Part shown: piece after piece, positions 43,770-53,360 of the stretch
Layout: each line of letters opens with the position of its first letter
Numbering within the stretch: position 1 is the stretch's first letter
From: a virus
Taxonomy: Duplodnaviria > Heunggongvirae > Uroviricota > Caudoviricetes
Virus record (IMG/VR): IMGVR_UViG_3300032046_000003
Location: 64,001 to 128,000 of that record
DNA length: 64,000 nucleotides
Strand: one strand, 5' to 3'
Position numbers and translations under genes: made by a program
Notes under the pieces: model-generated
What the model was told of the DNA's origin: nothing
What the model saw: the letters and a program-made list of their open reading frames with translations, nothing else
Databases searched by the model: none

Positions 43770-46700
43770 ATGGGACTAACTGGAACTGGACAACCTTTTA
43801 CAACAGCAATATCAGGAGGTACTACCCCCACCCCCACTTATCTCACTTCTATTACAGGCGCAGAACTAGATAACGTATTTACAGGACCTAGTGGATTTCT
43901 TAAAAAAATAGGAACAGCATCTTATATTTTAGATACTTCACCTAGTGGCGGAGGATATTGGGATAGAACTGGAACTATAATTCAGCAACATACTTTAGCA
44001 GATAATTTAGAACTATATAATATTGTGCCTACAAAAGTTTTTGGTGTTGATGGAGCAACTGGCAATACATATATAAAAGGGAGTATGTCTACTGATAACA
44101 TAGCTTCCTATACGGCACATCCATCTTTTTCTACAGATACTCAAATTATTGATAAAAAATATGTAAATGATCAAGATATAATAACTTTATCTCAAGCCAA
44201 AACATACTCAGAAACAGCGAGCGGCAATTCTTATGGCCAAAGCGTTTCCTATACCAATGCAGCTTCTGCTAACTTAGTAAGTTATATAGACCAGCGAGAT
44301 ATTTATTTTAACAATTTATCAATATCATATACAAATTCAGCCTCGTCTGATTTAATAGCTTATACTGACACGGCTTCAGGAAATTTAGTTAACTATATCG
44401 ATTCAAAAGTAGCTGCTCAAAATGAACTTAAAGAAGTTTTGGCCAACGGTAATTCTGCCGGCTTATATCAGATAGACATGAATTTTAACAAAATTATAAA
44501 TGTTGATACCCCTACGGCCAGCGGAAATGCCGCTAATAAATTATATGTAGATTCTGCCGTAGCAGCAGGCGGTGGTTGTAATTGGATTGATGATAATGAC
44601 ATATTATATCCGACTATTTCTACAAATAGCGTTGGTTTAAACAATGATAGCAAATTATATTTTGATACTGCTAAAGTTAATTCTATTTATTATGACGCTA
44701 TTTCAAATAATATGTTGGTTATGCAGACTCCTGATAATGCTGGTATTTTAATAACAACAGATCCTGAAACTTGGTATAATTCACTCGTCATACAACAGGG
44801 TTGGGTGTGGTTGTCAGCACAAGACCATAGCGGTCCTGCGGGGACTTGGCATAGTGGATATTCAAATTTTTGGTATGATTCATCTCACGCGTATTCTCAA
44901 CTTGGGGCTACTAATGGGGCGATAGTGTCTGAACTTTCAATGAGAGAAGACCAAATAGATTTATTTATTAGGCAAGGAAGCCCAGATAGTACAAAAATAT
45001 TAATGACTCTTACAGATTTATCTTTGAAAGATAGTCATTTGAGTTCACTTATTCCTCTTTCACAAACAGGAACTGCAGGATTAGCAGGATTTACAGCAAC
45101 ATCTATTATTGGCGCTTTAAATGAATTAAAGGCTGGAGCAGCTGCTCAAAACGAACTTAAAGAAGTTCTTGCTAATGGTAATGATGCCAATAATATAAAA
45201 ATTACAAATTTAGGCGATCCTACGCAGCCTAAAGATGCTACTAATAAACAGTATGTTGATACAGTTGCAGCAGACGCAAGTGGAAATTCTTATGTTCAAT
45301 CAATTACTTATACTAACACGGCTACGGGCAGTCTTAAGGTTTACGTTGACAATCAAGATTTATCTATTTTGTCTCAGTCAAAAACCTATTCAGAGACAGC
45401 CTCGGGTAATGCCTATGCTCAAAGCGTTACTCACACTGATTCTGCAACTGCAAGCCTAAAAGTTTATGTAGATAACCAAGATTTGTCAATACTTGCCCAG
45501 TCAAAAACATATTCAGAGACAGCAAGCGGCAACGCTTACAATCAAAGTGTGACTTACACCAATACCGCTTCATCAAGTCTTCTGGCTTATGATGTCATAC
45601 AAGACGCCGCTTTATTAAGTCAATCTTACACTTATACAAATGCTTCATCAGCTAGTTTTGTTTCCAAATCAGGGGACACTATGACGGGAGATTTAGCCAT
45701 AGATTCAACTGCTCCTGAATATAAGCTGACTGATACAAACGATACAAGACTGACCAGAATTGCAACGCTTAATCAGGCCAATTTATATCATGAAGTGTCG
45801 GTCGGCGGGGCAGACGGAACGGGCGGGGCTATTACACATTCCGGCGGTTATACTGTTCATACTTTTACTTCAAATGGAACATTTACAATCGGAGCTACTA
45901 TAGATGCAAAAGTACTTGTAGTAGCTGGTGGCGGTTCAGGTGGCCATAACTTAGGCGGTGGCGGTGGAGCAGGTGGCTATGTGTATGATGGTTCTTATGA
46001 AATTACTGCCGGTTCTTATGATGTTACTGTTGGAACTGGCGGCGCAGGTGTAACTGCCGGGGATGGAAATAAAGGTAATGATTCTGAATTTGAAACACTG
46101 ACTGCGGCAGAGGGTGGCGGTGCTGGTGGTGGATATGGTGATGGAAACGGAAAAAATGGTGGTTGCGGTGGTGGAGGCGGTGGCGATACTGGTACAGCAG
46201 GTAGCGGAACCCAGCAATATGATGGTGGAGATGGTGCTCCTTTATCTACTTATTTTATTGCAGGTGGCGGTGGAGGCGGTTCTGAAGTAGGAGAAGACGC
46301 GGGCAGTGTTATAATAAACTATGGCGGTGCTGGTGGAGATGGAGTTGTAAATCCTATTGCAGAGTCAACTACGGGTGAACTTGTTTCAGGAGATTATTAC
46401 CTATGCGGTGGTGGAGGCGGTGGAGGTTATCAGCCACAAAATGATTCTCATCCAGGACCAGGAGGCAAAGGCGGAGGAGGAGCTGGAGGTTATACTACCA
46501 ACCAAAATGGAACTGATGGTACTGATACTTATGGCGCTGGCGGAGGAGGAACTGCTGCTGGAGGAGGAGGAACTTCTGGCAAAGGTGGAAATGGGGTTGT
46601 AATAATAGCTTATATTCCCGCTGCAAGCACAGTAGAAGAAATAAGTATAATTGATTCAAGAGACTCAGCGGGTGTCAGTGAATATGGTGTAACTACTTTT

Positions 46701-46928
46701 GGCGATAGCCGCGGTGAAACAATTTTACAGGGATCGAGGCTAGTACTTGGAACTGGGGCCTTATCAACTACTGCAACAACGGGATTTGCTTATGTTTCAA
46801 CTTGTACAGGAGCGCCTTCGGGAGTTCCTACGGCCACTACTGGGATGGTGCCCATAGTTTATGATTCTTCGAATAATTACCTTTATGTCTATAACGGCGG
46901 TTGGAAGAAGAATTCACAATTTAGTTAA
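43770..46928 (+). CDS. Long tail fibre with coiled-coil repeats and glycine-rich domain
   Basis: SQ.KTYSETASGN.Y repeats; GGTITHSGGY..HTFTS.GTF...VLVVAGGG.GG...GGGGAGG Gly-rich module ending G.GG.G.VII.Y. Confidence 0.75.
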   Translation: MGLTGTGQPFTTAISGGTTPTPTYLTSITGAELDNVFTGPSGFLKKIGTASYILDTSPSGGGYWDRTGTIIQQHTLADNLELYNIVPTKVFGVDGATGNTYIKGSMSTDNIASYTAHPSFSTDTQIIDKKYVNDQDIITLSQAKTYSETASGNSYGQSVSYTNAASANLVSYIDQRDIYFNNLSISYTNSASSDLIAYTDTASGNLVNYIDSKVAAQNELKEVLANGNSAGLYQIDMNFNKIINVDTPTASGNAANKLYVDSAVAAGGGCNWIDDNDILYPTISTNSVGLNNDSKLYFDTAKVNSIYYDAISNNMLVMQTPDNAGILITTDPETWYNSLVIQQGWVWLSAQDHSGPAGTWHSGYSNFWYDSSHAYSQLGATNGAIVSELSMREDQIDLFIRQGSPDSTKILMTLTDLSLKDSHLSSLIPLSQTGTAGLAGFTATSIIGALNELKAGAAAQNELKEVLANGNDANNIKITNLGDPTQPKDATNKQYVDTVAADASGNSYVQSITYTNTATGSLKVYVDNQDLSILSQSKTYSETASGNAYAQSVTHTDSATASLKVYVDNQDLSILAQSKTYSETASGNAYNQSVTYTNTASSSLLAYDVIQDAALLSQSYTYTNASSASFVSKSGDTMTGDLAIDSTAPEYKLTDTNDTRLTRIATLNQANLYHEVSVGGADGTGGAITHSGGYTVHTFTSNGTFTIGATIDAKVLVVAGGGSGGHNLGGGGGAGGYVYDGSYEITAGSYDVTVGTGGAGVTAGDGNKGNDSEFETLTAAEGGGAGGGYGDGNGKNGGCGGGGGGDTGTAGSGTQQYDGGDGAPLSTYFIAGGGGGGSEVGEDAGSVIINYGGAGGDGVVNPIAESTTGELVSGDYYLCGGGGGGGYQPQNDSHPGPGGKGGGGAGGYTTNQNGTDGTDTYGAGGGGTAAGGGGTSGKGGNGVVIIAYIPAASTVEEISIIDSRDSAGVSEYGVTTFGDSRGETILQGSRLVLGTGALSTTATTGFAYVSTCTGAPSGVPTATTGMVPIVYDSSNNYLYVYNGGWKKNSQFS

Positions 46929-46936
46929 GGAGGAAT

Positions 46937-47422
46937 ATGAAAGGCGATCTTTTACTTTGCACTTGGAATAGCCCTTCAATTAATAAGATATTAAATTGGT
47001 TTATTACATTTTTTATAAAAAATAAATATGTTCATATAGCAGTAGCCGCGGATGATTATGATGCCATAATCGAGGCTACACCCAGTGGTGTTCATCAAAC
47101 TAAAAATTACTGGGTAAATTATGACGTCTATAGAATAGATGACATAATGGAATATCAGATTGACACTGCTTTAAATTTTGCCAGGAAACAAATAGGGGAT
47201 TGGTACGATTGGAAAGCGCTGATTTATTTAATGTGGTTGTATGTAACTTTTCAAAGAAATAAAATAAATGAATGGAACGATAAAAATAAGTGGTTTTGCA
47301 GTGAATTAGTAGCTAGTATGTTTAGAAAATCTGGTAAAACATTGTGTCCTAATATACCAGATTCTAATACTACGCCAGCAGATATTGCTAATTCAAAAAT
47401 AGTTCATAAGGAGGAAAATTAA
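46937..47422 (+). CDS. Permuted papain-like (YiiX/YebB-like, NlpC/P60) amidase
   Basis: KGDLLL...YVHIAV...IIEAT..GV...G..YD...WFCSELVA with His and Cys present. Confidence 0.82.
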   Translation: MKGDLLLCTWNSPSINKILNWFITFFIKNKYVHIAVAADDYDAIIEATPSGVHQTKNYWVNYDVYRIDDIMEYQIDTALNFARKQIGDWYDWKALIYLMWLYVTFQRNKINEWNDKNKWFCSELVASMFRKSGKTLCPNIPDSNTTPADIANSKIVHKEEN

Positions 47423-49957
47423 ATGCCGATAGCGATATTCCCAGCAGGAAAATATAAATGTACGGTGGCTGATACTACGGTAACGGCTGACAGCTTTATT
47501 TCTGTGACTTTTAAAGATAATACTGGGGCACAATTTGGCGCAGGAGTTGTACGCTATATAGACAAACATCCTGGCGTAGGTTTCACTGTAAATTTGAGCA
47601 CCACTGCTCAGCGAGCTACTGCTTTTGATTACGAAGTAGAAAACGCTACAGGGCCTGGCGGAATACCTAGTTTGCAACAAGTGACGGGCTCAGGCACGAC
47701 GACTTCTAATACTATATCCTATACATCACATCCATCTTTTTCTACAGATACTCAAATTATTGATAAAAAATACGTAAATGATCAAGATATAACAACTTTA
47801 TCTCAGTCAAAAACCTATTCAGAGACAGCGAGCGGAAATGCTTACGATCAATCAGCGACTTACACTGATGATGTAAGCGCTAGTTTAATTTATTACATCA
47901 ATACAAAAACTGCGACTCTCTCAGGCGGAACAGGTATTTCTTATGATAATAGCACAGGTACAATAACTAATTCTGCTCCTGACCAAGTTGTAAGCTTGAC
48001 GAGTGGAACGGGGATAAGCATTTCAGGAGCATATCCTAGTTTTACAATCACAGGCACTTCATCAACATCAGGTGTGAGCGGGGATGTATATTGGTTCAGG
48101 GACGGTACTGATTTAACCCCTATAAATGTCGGCGACAATATTGCTTTAACTGATTATGCTAACTTATATTTTGATACTGCCAGAACTGTTAGAGCTTATT
48201 ATTATCAAGCAACTCAAGCTTTGGCTTTTAGAGGGGCTGGAGCCATTGACATGCTGGCTACAGATATTTTTGCTAATAGTAGTGGTTTCGTAGCCGATGG
48301 CAATACGGTTCAAATGTATAATGCAAATGGCGGGCCTGCGGTAACTTTATTGAATGATGGCAATCTTCGTTTTACTTTATACGCCGGCAAAATGGCTTAT
48401 TATAATGCTCATCCTACATTTAGTTATGACACTCAACTTACAGACAAAAAATATGTAGACGATTTAATCGCTGGAATATCATCAGGGGTAACTTGGCAAA
48501 CATCGGTTCTTGATAAAGATTTATCAGAGCCTCCTATAGGTCCGGTAAGTGGAGATAGATATATTGTAACTGTTTCGGCATCAGGCGCTTGGGTGGGACA
48601 GGAAAACAACATAACCGAATATAATGGCATAAGCTGGGATTTTACGATACCAGAAATAGGGTGGGCTTGTTTTGTTGAAGACGAAGAGTCTATGTACCTG
48701 TGGGTTGGAACTGATTGGATAAAAATGGGCTCGGCCATAAGCCACATGAGCCTTAAAGACCTGGAGTGGTCTTTGGCGGGGCACACAATTGACACGTCTT
48801 TGGATATGCAAGATAATATTATTTATTTTGATATTGCAAAGCTTAATTATATGGGTTATATGGACGCCGGCGGGGCCGATGCTCTTTGGACAGTCGCCCC
48901 AATAAATCCTGGTAGCGCTGATGTCACAGGCTGGTGGGTCAGTACACCTGATTGGGGATATAATTTCGGCTATTGTGATGGATATATTGGATTTTCAGGC
49001 GGTGCAATAGGGGGAAACGCCGGTATATCAATAATCACTTCAGATCCTTCTATGACGCTGCAAGTTTCTTCTGCCACCCCCGGAAAAGGCGATATAGACA
49101 TCCTTAATAATTCGGCGGGCGTAGGGGCAAATATAAACTTCCAAGGCGGATATAGTAGTGGACATGGGATGACTATCGACAAATACGGCAAAGTTACATT
49201 AAGAACTCCAACGGGAGCTACAGGATTGCCTTCTTTGTATATTTACGGCTCTCTAGATATGCACACAACTAGTCCAATTTATCTTGATGATAATATGCAC
49301 CATAAGATATACTCTGATTCTTCGCAGATTTATATAGAGACTTTGTATCCTAATGCTTATGGTATAGTTCTTTGTAACGATCACGCGGGTAGAGCTGGAT
49401 GGATACAAGTAACCGGTGGTTATACTTATATATGGGCAGGATATTATAATGGCTACGATACTCAGTTTGGTGGAGAATTATATTTTAGGGATAACAGAAT
49501 GACAGGGTCTGGAATTCCTTTAACCGAAGGTTCTGCAGGTCAAGCTCTCGTAGGATTTACTGCGATTTCTTTAATTGGAGCTTTGAATGAATTAAAGATA
49601 TGGAACAGAATAGGTTCAACTTTAACACCTGTTACTACAGGAGATTATATAGATGTAGGTGCTATAAAGACTGATGGAAGCGTGTTTCTCGCTACGGACA
49701 TTGACAGGCATACTGTTACTTTGGCCGATATAGCCAGCGGCGATTATTACGAGATAGTCTGGAACAAAGCCACTATGGACAAAATCGTAGAGATTACAGC
49801 AGTGTATTATGATTTAAATGCTACTACAGTTTATAGTTTAATGTCTTCTTATACAGATGCTTTAGCTGTTGAATATAATGGCTCAATAATTACAGTTAAC
49901 TGCACAGGCATGGTTGAAAATGATATTATTACTGTAAAGATTACCTACGAAAAATAG
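47423..49957 (+). CDS. Tail fibre protein (mosaic; DUF2793-like segment)
   Basis: PP..P..GDRYIV...A.GAW.GQEN.I..YNG..W.F..P..GW..FV.DE segment; DKKYV hinges; modules shared with the 43770 ORF. Confidence 0.72.
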   Translation: MPIAIFPAGKYKCTVADTTVTADSFISVTFKDNTGAQFGAGVVRYIDKHPGVGFTVNLSTTAQRATAFDYEVENATGPGGIPSLQQVTGSGTTTSNTISYTSHPSFSTDTQIIDKKYVNDQDITTLSQSKTYSETASGNAYDQSATYTDDVSASLIYYINTKTATLSGGTGISYDNSTGTITNSAPDQVVSLTSGTGISISGAYPSFTITGTSSTSGVSGDVYWFRDGTDLTPINVGDNIALTDYANLYFDTARTVRAYYYQATQALAFRGAGAIDMLATDIFANSSGFVADGNTVQMYNANGGPAVTLLNDGNLRFTLYAGKMAYYNAHPTFSYDTQLTDKKYVDDLIAGISSGVTWQTSVLDKDLSEPPIGPVSGDRYIVTVSASGAWVGQENNITEYNGISWDFTIPEIGWACFVEDEESMYLWVGTDWIKMGSAISHMSLKDLEWSLAGHTIDTSLDMQDNIIYFDIAKLNYMGYMDAGGADALWTVAPINPGSADVTGWWVSTPDWGYNFGYCDGYIGFSGGAIGGNAGISIITSDPSMTLQVSSATPGKGDIDILNNSAGVGANINFQGGYSSGHGMTIDKYGKVTLRTPTGATGLPSLYIYGSLDMHTTSPIYLDDNMHHKIYSDSSQIYIETLYPNAYGIVLCNDHAGRAGWIQVTGGYTYIWAGYYNGYDTQFGGELYFRDNRMTGSGIPLTEGSAGQALVGFTAISLIGALNELKIWNRIGSTLTPVTTGDYIDVGAIKTDGSVFLATDIDRHTVTLADIASGDYYEIVWNKATMDKIVEITAVYYDLNATTVYSLMSSYTDALAVEYNGSIITVNCTGMVENDIITVKITYEK

Positions 49958-49978
49958 TACTCTAAGGGTGGTGATTTT

Positions 49979-50701
49979 ATTAGAAATCTTTTAATATTAG
50001 TCATGTTGGTGTTTTTAATATGCCCAGTATATGCTGCCAAGGATTACGGGAAGCAATTGCAAGGCGATGTAAGGAATACTAAAAGAGAGATAAAAAGAGA
50101 AATAACAAACCTGAAGAATCAGCTGACTAAAAACGGCACCGCAGAAGAAATCCCTGAATGGTACCCGAACGCCGACGGTTCGCTGATGACATTTCCGCTG
50201 AAAGAAGAAGACTGCTTCATGGTAGGCGACAGGGTTTCCATCACGAGCTGGTATACACTTGTTAGGTCGGACACTAATGGCCTGACGTATAAAGCCTTAA
50301 ATATACCGGCGAGGCCAAATTCCCCTGTTTACGCCATAGCGGACGGTCTTGTGACAGCTACCGGCGACGCTAGATTTTTCAGGCCTGAAAGGCGTCCTTA
50401 CACAGGAATGTTCATAGAGATAACGTCTAAATCGGGACTGGTGGTTTCGTATGAGCATTTGAACGATTGGAGCGTTTGCAGGGGCGATTATGTTTTGGCA
50501 GGAGACGAGATAGGCTGTGTAGGCGGTTCGGGCAGGACAACAGGATTCCACTTGAGACTGGTAGGCGTATATGAAAAATACCCTGTGTGTTTAAGCGAGG
50601 TATTCGTGGACAAAAGGCACAGCAAAAACTTGACCAAGTATTTCGGCAAGAAGTGGTACCCGATTGCCCCTGGAGACTTGGAACATGTGGGCATCAAGTA
50701 A
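49979..50701 (+). CDS. Exported M23/LytM-fold protein with degenerate Zn ligands (track start ATG 50003; possible ATT start at 49979)
   Basis: PVYAIADG.V...SYEHL...V..GD.V.AGDEIG.VGGSG.TTG.HL M23 fold; RBS-like GGTGGTGA precedes in-frame ATT, giving signal peptide MRNLLILVMLVFLICPVYA. Confidence 0.72.
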   Translation: MRNLLILVMLVFLICPVYAAKDYGKQLQGDVRNTKREIKREITNLKNQLTKNGTAEEIPEWYPNADGSLMTFPLKEEDCFMVGDRVSITSWYTLVRSDTNGLTYKALNIPARPNSPVYAIADGLVTATGDARFFRPERRPYTGMFIEITSKSGLVVSYEHLNDWSVCRGDYVLAGDEIGCVGGSGRTTGFHLRLVGVYEKYPVCLSEVFVDKRHSKNLTKYFGKKWYPIAPGDLEHVGIK

Positions 50702-50723
50702 TACTATAATAATTCCACTAGAT

Positions 50724-50755
50724 AGAGCAGGATTAAACTCCCTGCTCTTTTTTTG
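50724..50755 (+). terminator. Rho-independent terminator ending the structural/lysis module
   Basis: AGAGCAGG-attaaactc-CCTGCTCT followed by a long T run. Confidence 0.85.
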
Positions 50756-50759
50756 TCAT

Positions 50760-50788
50760 TTTACAGTTGTGAGTTTATATGTTATTAT
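50760..50788 (+). promoter_or_regulatory. sigma70/sigmaA-type promoter P1
   Basis: TTTACA-17 nt-TATTAT with TG extended -10. Confidence 0.7.
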
Positions 50789-51071
50789 ATATATGTACCC
50801 AGTCGATCATCTAGAGGCGCAGTTCCTCACTCCGCGACTTAAAATAAAAGCAGATGTAAAAGGAGTTAAGAAACTGTCTTTCCGACGGCACATATCGGAA
50901 TGCTTTGAGGTTATGGCAAATGGTTTATTCTACCTTAATGCCAAAGACGAGCCCGAGAGGATTGATAACCTCAATTATGCTCAATTCTAAAAATTACAAA
51001 TGAATCTATAGTCTCTCTTAAACACCTTACTAGTGTATTTCCTCCGGCACATCCAAAACATAAAATAACAG

Positions 51072-51100
51072 TTTACATCTTGACACAAATACATTATAAT
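51072..51100 (+). promoter_or_regulatory. sigma70/sigmaA-type promoter P2
   Basis: TTTACA-17 nt-TATAAT. Confidence 0.8.
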
Positions 51101-51106
51101 ATATAT

Positions 51107-52432
51107 ATGAAACAAGAAAATACAAAATTGACCGAGCTGTTGATTAAGTTATTTGATAAAGATATTTATCAGGTCGGCGGCGTAGTCAGAGACGAGATTC
51201 TAAACAGGCCTTGTAAGGACATGGATTTTCTCGTCATAAATCGTGATTATAATTCTATAGCTAATGATCTGTCTTATTATGGTAAAACCTATTTGGTGGG
51301 CAAAAGCTTCGGTATAATAAAATTCAAGCCCAATGAAATGGATATAACAGTTGATATTGCAATTCCACGGACTGAAAAGAGCGTGGGGGTAGGACACCGG
51401 GATTTTGAGGTTAACACTAAAAACGTCAGTCTTCAGGACGATTTGGACAGGCGAGATTTTACCATGAATGCATTGGCAAAAAATTTATTGACAGGGAAGA
51501 TAACAGATATAGTTGAAGGTCAAAGAGACATAGACAAAAAATTGATATGTGTGATAACGTCAAAGTCTTTTACAGAAGACCCGCTTAGGATGATAAGAGC
51601 CTGCAGGTTCGCCTCACAATTGAATTTTCAAATAGGCTGGACCACGCAAAATCTTATAATTGAAAGCGCTGAGCTAATAAAGACAATAAGTGGAGAACGC
51701 ATACAGGAAGAACTGAACAAAATTTTGGTGTCAGACAAACCCTCAATAGGATTAAGGTATTTATCAAAACTAGGATTAATGATGTATATTGTGCCTGAAG
51801 TGGAACTTTTAAACGGCATAGAACAACCAAAAAAATATCATATGTATGATGCATTTATTCACACTATGGAAACCGTCGATCAAATAAAAAATGACTTGAC
51901 GCTAAGACTGACAGCTCTGTTGCACGATGTAGGGAAGGTAGACACCCAGACTATTGAGAATGGCGAGATACATTTTTATGAGCACGAAGACACAAGCGTT
52001 ATGAGAGCGCGAGATGTTATGTTGAGGTTAAAATATCCTAATGATATATCCGATAGGGTCCTGTTGCTGATCAAGCATCATTTGGTAGACTTGAACCTGT
52101 CAAGAAAAGGCATTAGGAAATTGATTGCGGCTGTAGGCGTTGATAATATATATGATTTACTAGAGCATAAGCGAGCTGATAAATTAGCCTCACTGCCAGA
52201 TAATGAACAGTTGGAAGATATAGAGACTCTTAAATTAAAAGTAGAAAAAGAAATAAAAAACGAAAGCGCCTTCTCTATCAAGGATTTAGACATATCAGGA
52301 GAAGACATTATGAAAATACTTAATATTCCCCCGGGGCCTAAAGTTGGCGAAGTACTTAAGTCACTGTTTGATAAGGTTATGGATAATCCTGAACTCAACG
52401 AAAAAGAGACCTTAATTAAATTAGTAGTTTAA
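51107..52432 (+). CDS. cca: tRNA nucleotidyltransferase (CCA-adding enzyme) with HD domain
   Basis: VGGVVRD, KDMDF (DxD), RRDFTMNA, EDPLRMIRA.RF, ERI.EEL.KIL, LLHDVGK; start set at ATG 51107 rather than track TTG 51080, which lies inside promoter P2. Confidence 0.92.
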   Translation: MKQENTKLTELLIKLFDKDIYQVGGVVRDEILNRPCKDMDFLVINRDYNSIANDLSYYGKTYLVGKSFGIIKFKPNEMDITVDIAIPRTEKSVGVGHRDFEVNTKNVSLQDDLDRRDFTMNALAKNLLTGKITDIVEGQRDIDKKLICVITSKSFTEDPLRMIRACRFASQLNFQIGWTTQNLIIESAELIKTISGERIQEELNKILVSDKPSIGLRYLSKLGLMMYIVPEVELLNGIEQPKKYHMYDAFIHTMETVDQIKNDLTLRLTALLHDVGKVDTQTIENGEIHFYEHEDTSVMRARDVMLRLKYPNDISDRVLLLIKHHLVDLNLSRKGIRKLIAAVGVDNIYDLLEHKRADKLASLPDNEQLEDIETLKLKVEKEIKNESAFSIKDLDISGEDIMKILNIPPGPKVGEVLKSLFDKVMDNPELNEKETLIKLVV

Positions 52433-52456
52433 GTCTTCAAACAAGTGCATTATAAT
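52428..52456 (+). promoter_or_regulatory. sigma70/sigmaA-type promoter P3
   Basis: TTTAAG-17 nt-TATAAT, GCAT before the -10. Confidence 0.7.
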
Positions 52457-52477
52457 AAGTATAAGGAGATGAATAAA

Positions 52478-52705
52478 ATGACAGAACATGAAAAAGCATT
52501 GAGAAGAAATTTGATAGAAGATATGTATATTCAAATGCGAAGTGGATTAACTAAGGACATTAAACGAAATGCAGCAATCGGTATCATAGCAGAACTCAAA
52601 GGAATGGATTACGCTAGGAAACAAAAACAATATCAATTTGTTAACATCGCAGCCCGGCTATATAAGGAATATATAAAAGAATTCGACGAGGCAAAAAATG
52701 ATTGA
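52478..52705 (+). CDS. Hypothetical early protein
   Basis: RBS AAGGAG downstream of P3; start adjusted from track 52445. Confidence 0.55.
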   Translation: MTEHEKALRRNLIEDMYIQMRSGLTKDIKRNAAIGIIAELKGMDYARKQKQYQFVNIAARLYKEYIKEFDEAKND

Positions 52706-52970
52706 CATAGGATATTTTGGAAGAGCACATGAGAATGGGCATAGTGTTAAAAATAGTAAAGTTCATGCTATTTATAAAGGTAGGGTTTTATGTGGATATA
52801 AGCCCCATGAAACTATGAAATTTCAATGGTGTTCAACAGATGTAATGTTTAGCTATATTGAATGTCCTATTTGTAAAAAGAAAGCGGATAAAATTTGGGA
52901 CATATTAAATCCCACAATAAAATCTGGGGGACAATCATTTTTAGAATTAGCCAAAAGGGGAATGATATAA
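52698..52970 (+). CDS. Hypothetical protein (His/Cys-rich)
   Basis: KVHAI...LCG...C...CPIC. Confidence 0.5.
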   Translation: MIDIGYFGRAHENGHSVKNSKVHAIYKGRVLCGYKPHETMKFQWCSTDVMFSYIECPICKKKADKIWDILNPTIKSGGQSFLELAKRGMI

Positions 52971-53040
52971 ATGAATATTATAGAACGATTTAAGAGATGG
53001 CATTTGAAATTAAAGAGAAAGAAAAGGGGGTTAAATAGAA

Positions 53041-53235
53041 ATGAGCGAAATAGAAACTGGGGAATTGAAAATATTGTGTCCGTTCTGCGAAGCTCCTTAT
53101 ACGGCCAAAATGAAAGAAGATTTACATGAAACAGAAGGTTGTGATACATGTGGTTATGGTGAAGAGATACGCGGAACAATAACTATAACTTGCTCAAATT
53201 GTGGAAAAGTAGTTTATAAGAAAGAATATAATTGA
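53041..53235 (+). CDS. Small Zn-finger protein
   Basis: CPFC, CDTC, CSNC motifs. Confidence 0.55.
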   Translation: MSEIETGELKILCPFCEAPYTAKMKEDLHETEGCDTCGYGEEIRGTITITCSNCGKVVYKKEYN

Positions 53236-53246
53236 GGAGGTAAAAA

Positions 53247-53354
53247 GTGACATCAGAAACAATCATAAAAACAATCGTATTAATTATTGGTGTTCCTTAT
53301 TTTTTATGGTGGAATTGGAAAAAAATGGCAGAACACTGGAACGATAAGTGGTGA
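53247..53354 (+). CDS. Small membrane peptide (35 aa; absent from ORF track)
   Basis: RBS GAGGAGG, GTG start, MTSETIIKTIVLIIGVPYFLWWNWKKW hydrophobic/Trp-rich. Confidence 0.4.
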   Translation: MTSETIIKTIVLIIGVPYFLWWNWKKMAEHWNDKW

Positions 53355-53360
53355 AAATAA

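Noticed and set aside
45780-46620. GGT/GGC-rich low-complexity DNA as a non-coding repeat or G-quadruplex element
   Set aside because: Fully explained by the glycine-rich domain of the 43770 fibre protein.
32277-49957. Diversity-generating retroelement acting on fibre tips
   Set aside because: No reverse transcriptase in the window; the repeats found are inside coding shafts, and their mismatches are T/C rather than adenine-specific.
50664-50990. 108-aa track ORF spanning the terminator and promoter P1
   Set aside because: It crosses an intrinsic terminator and a promoter and has no RBS; only the part from 50793 remains a weak alternative to the ncRNA idea.
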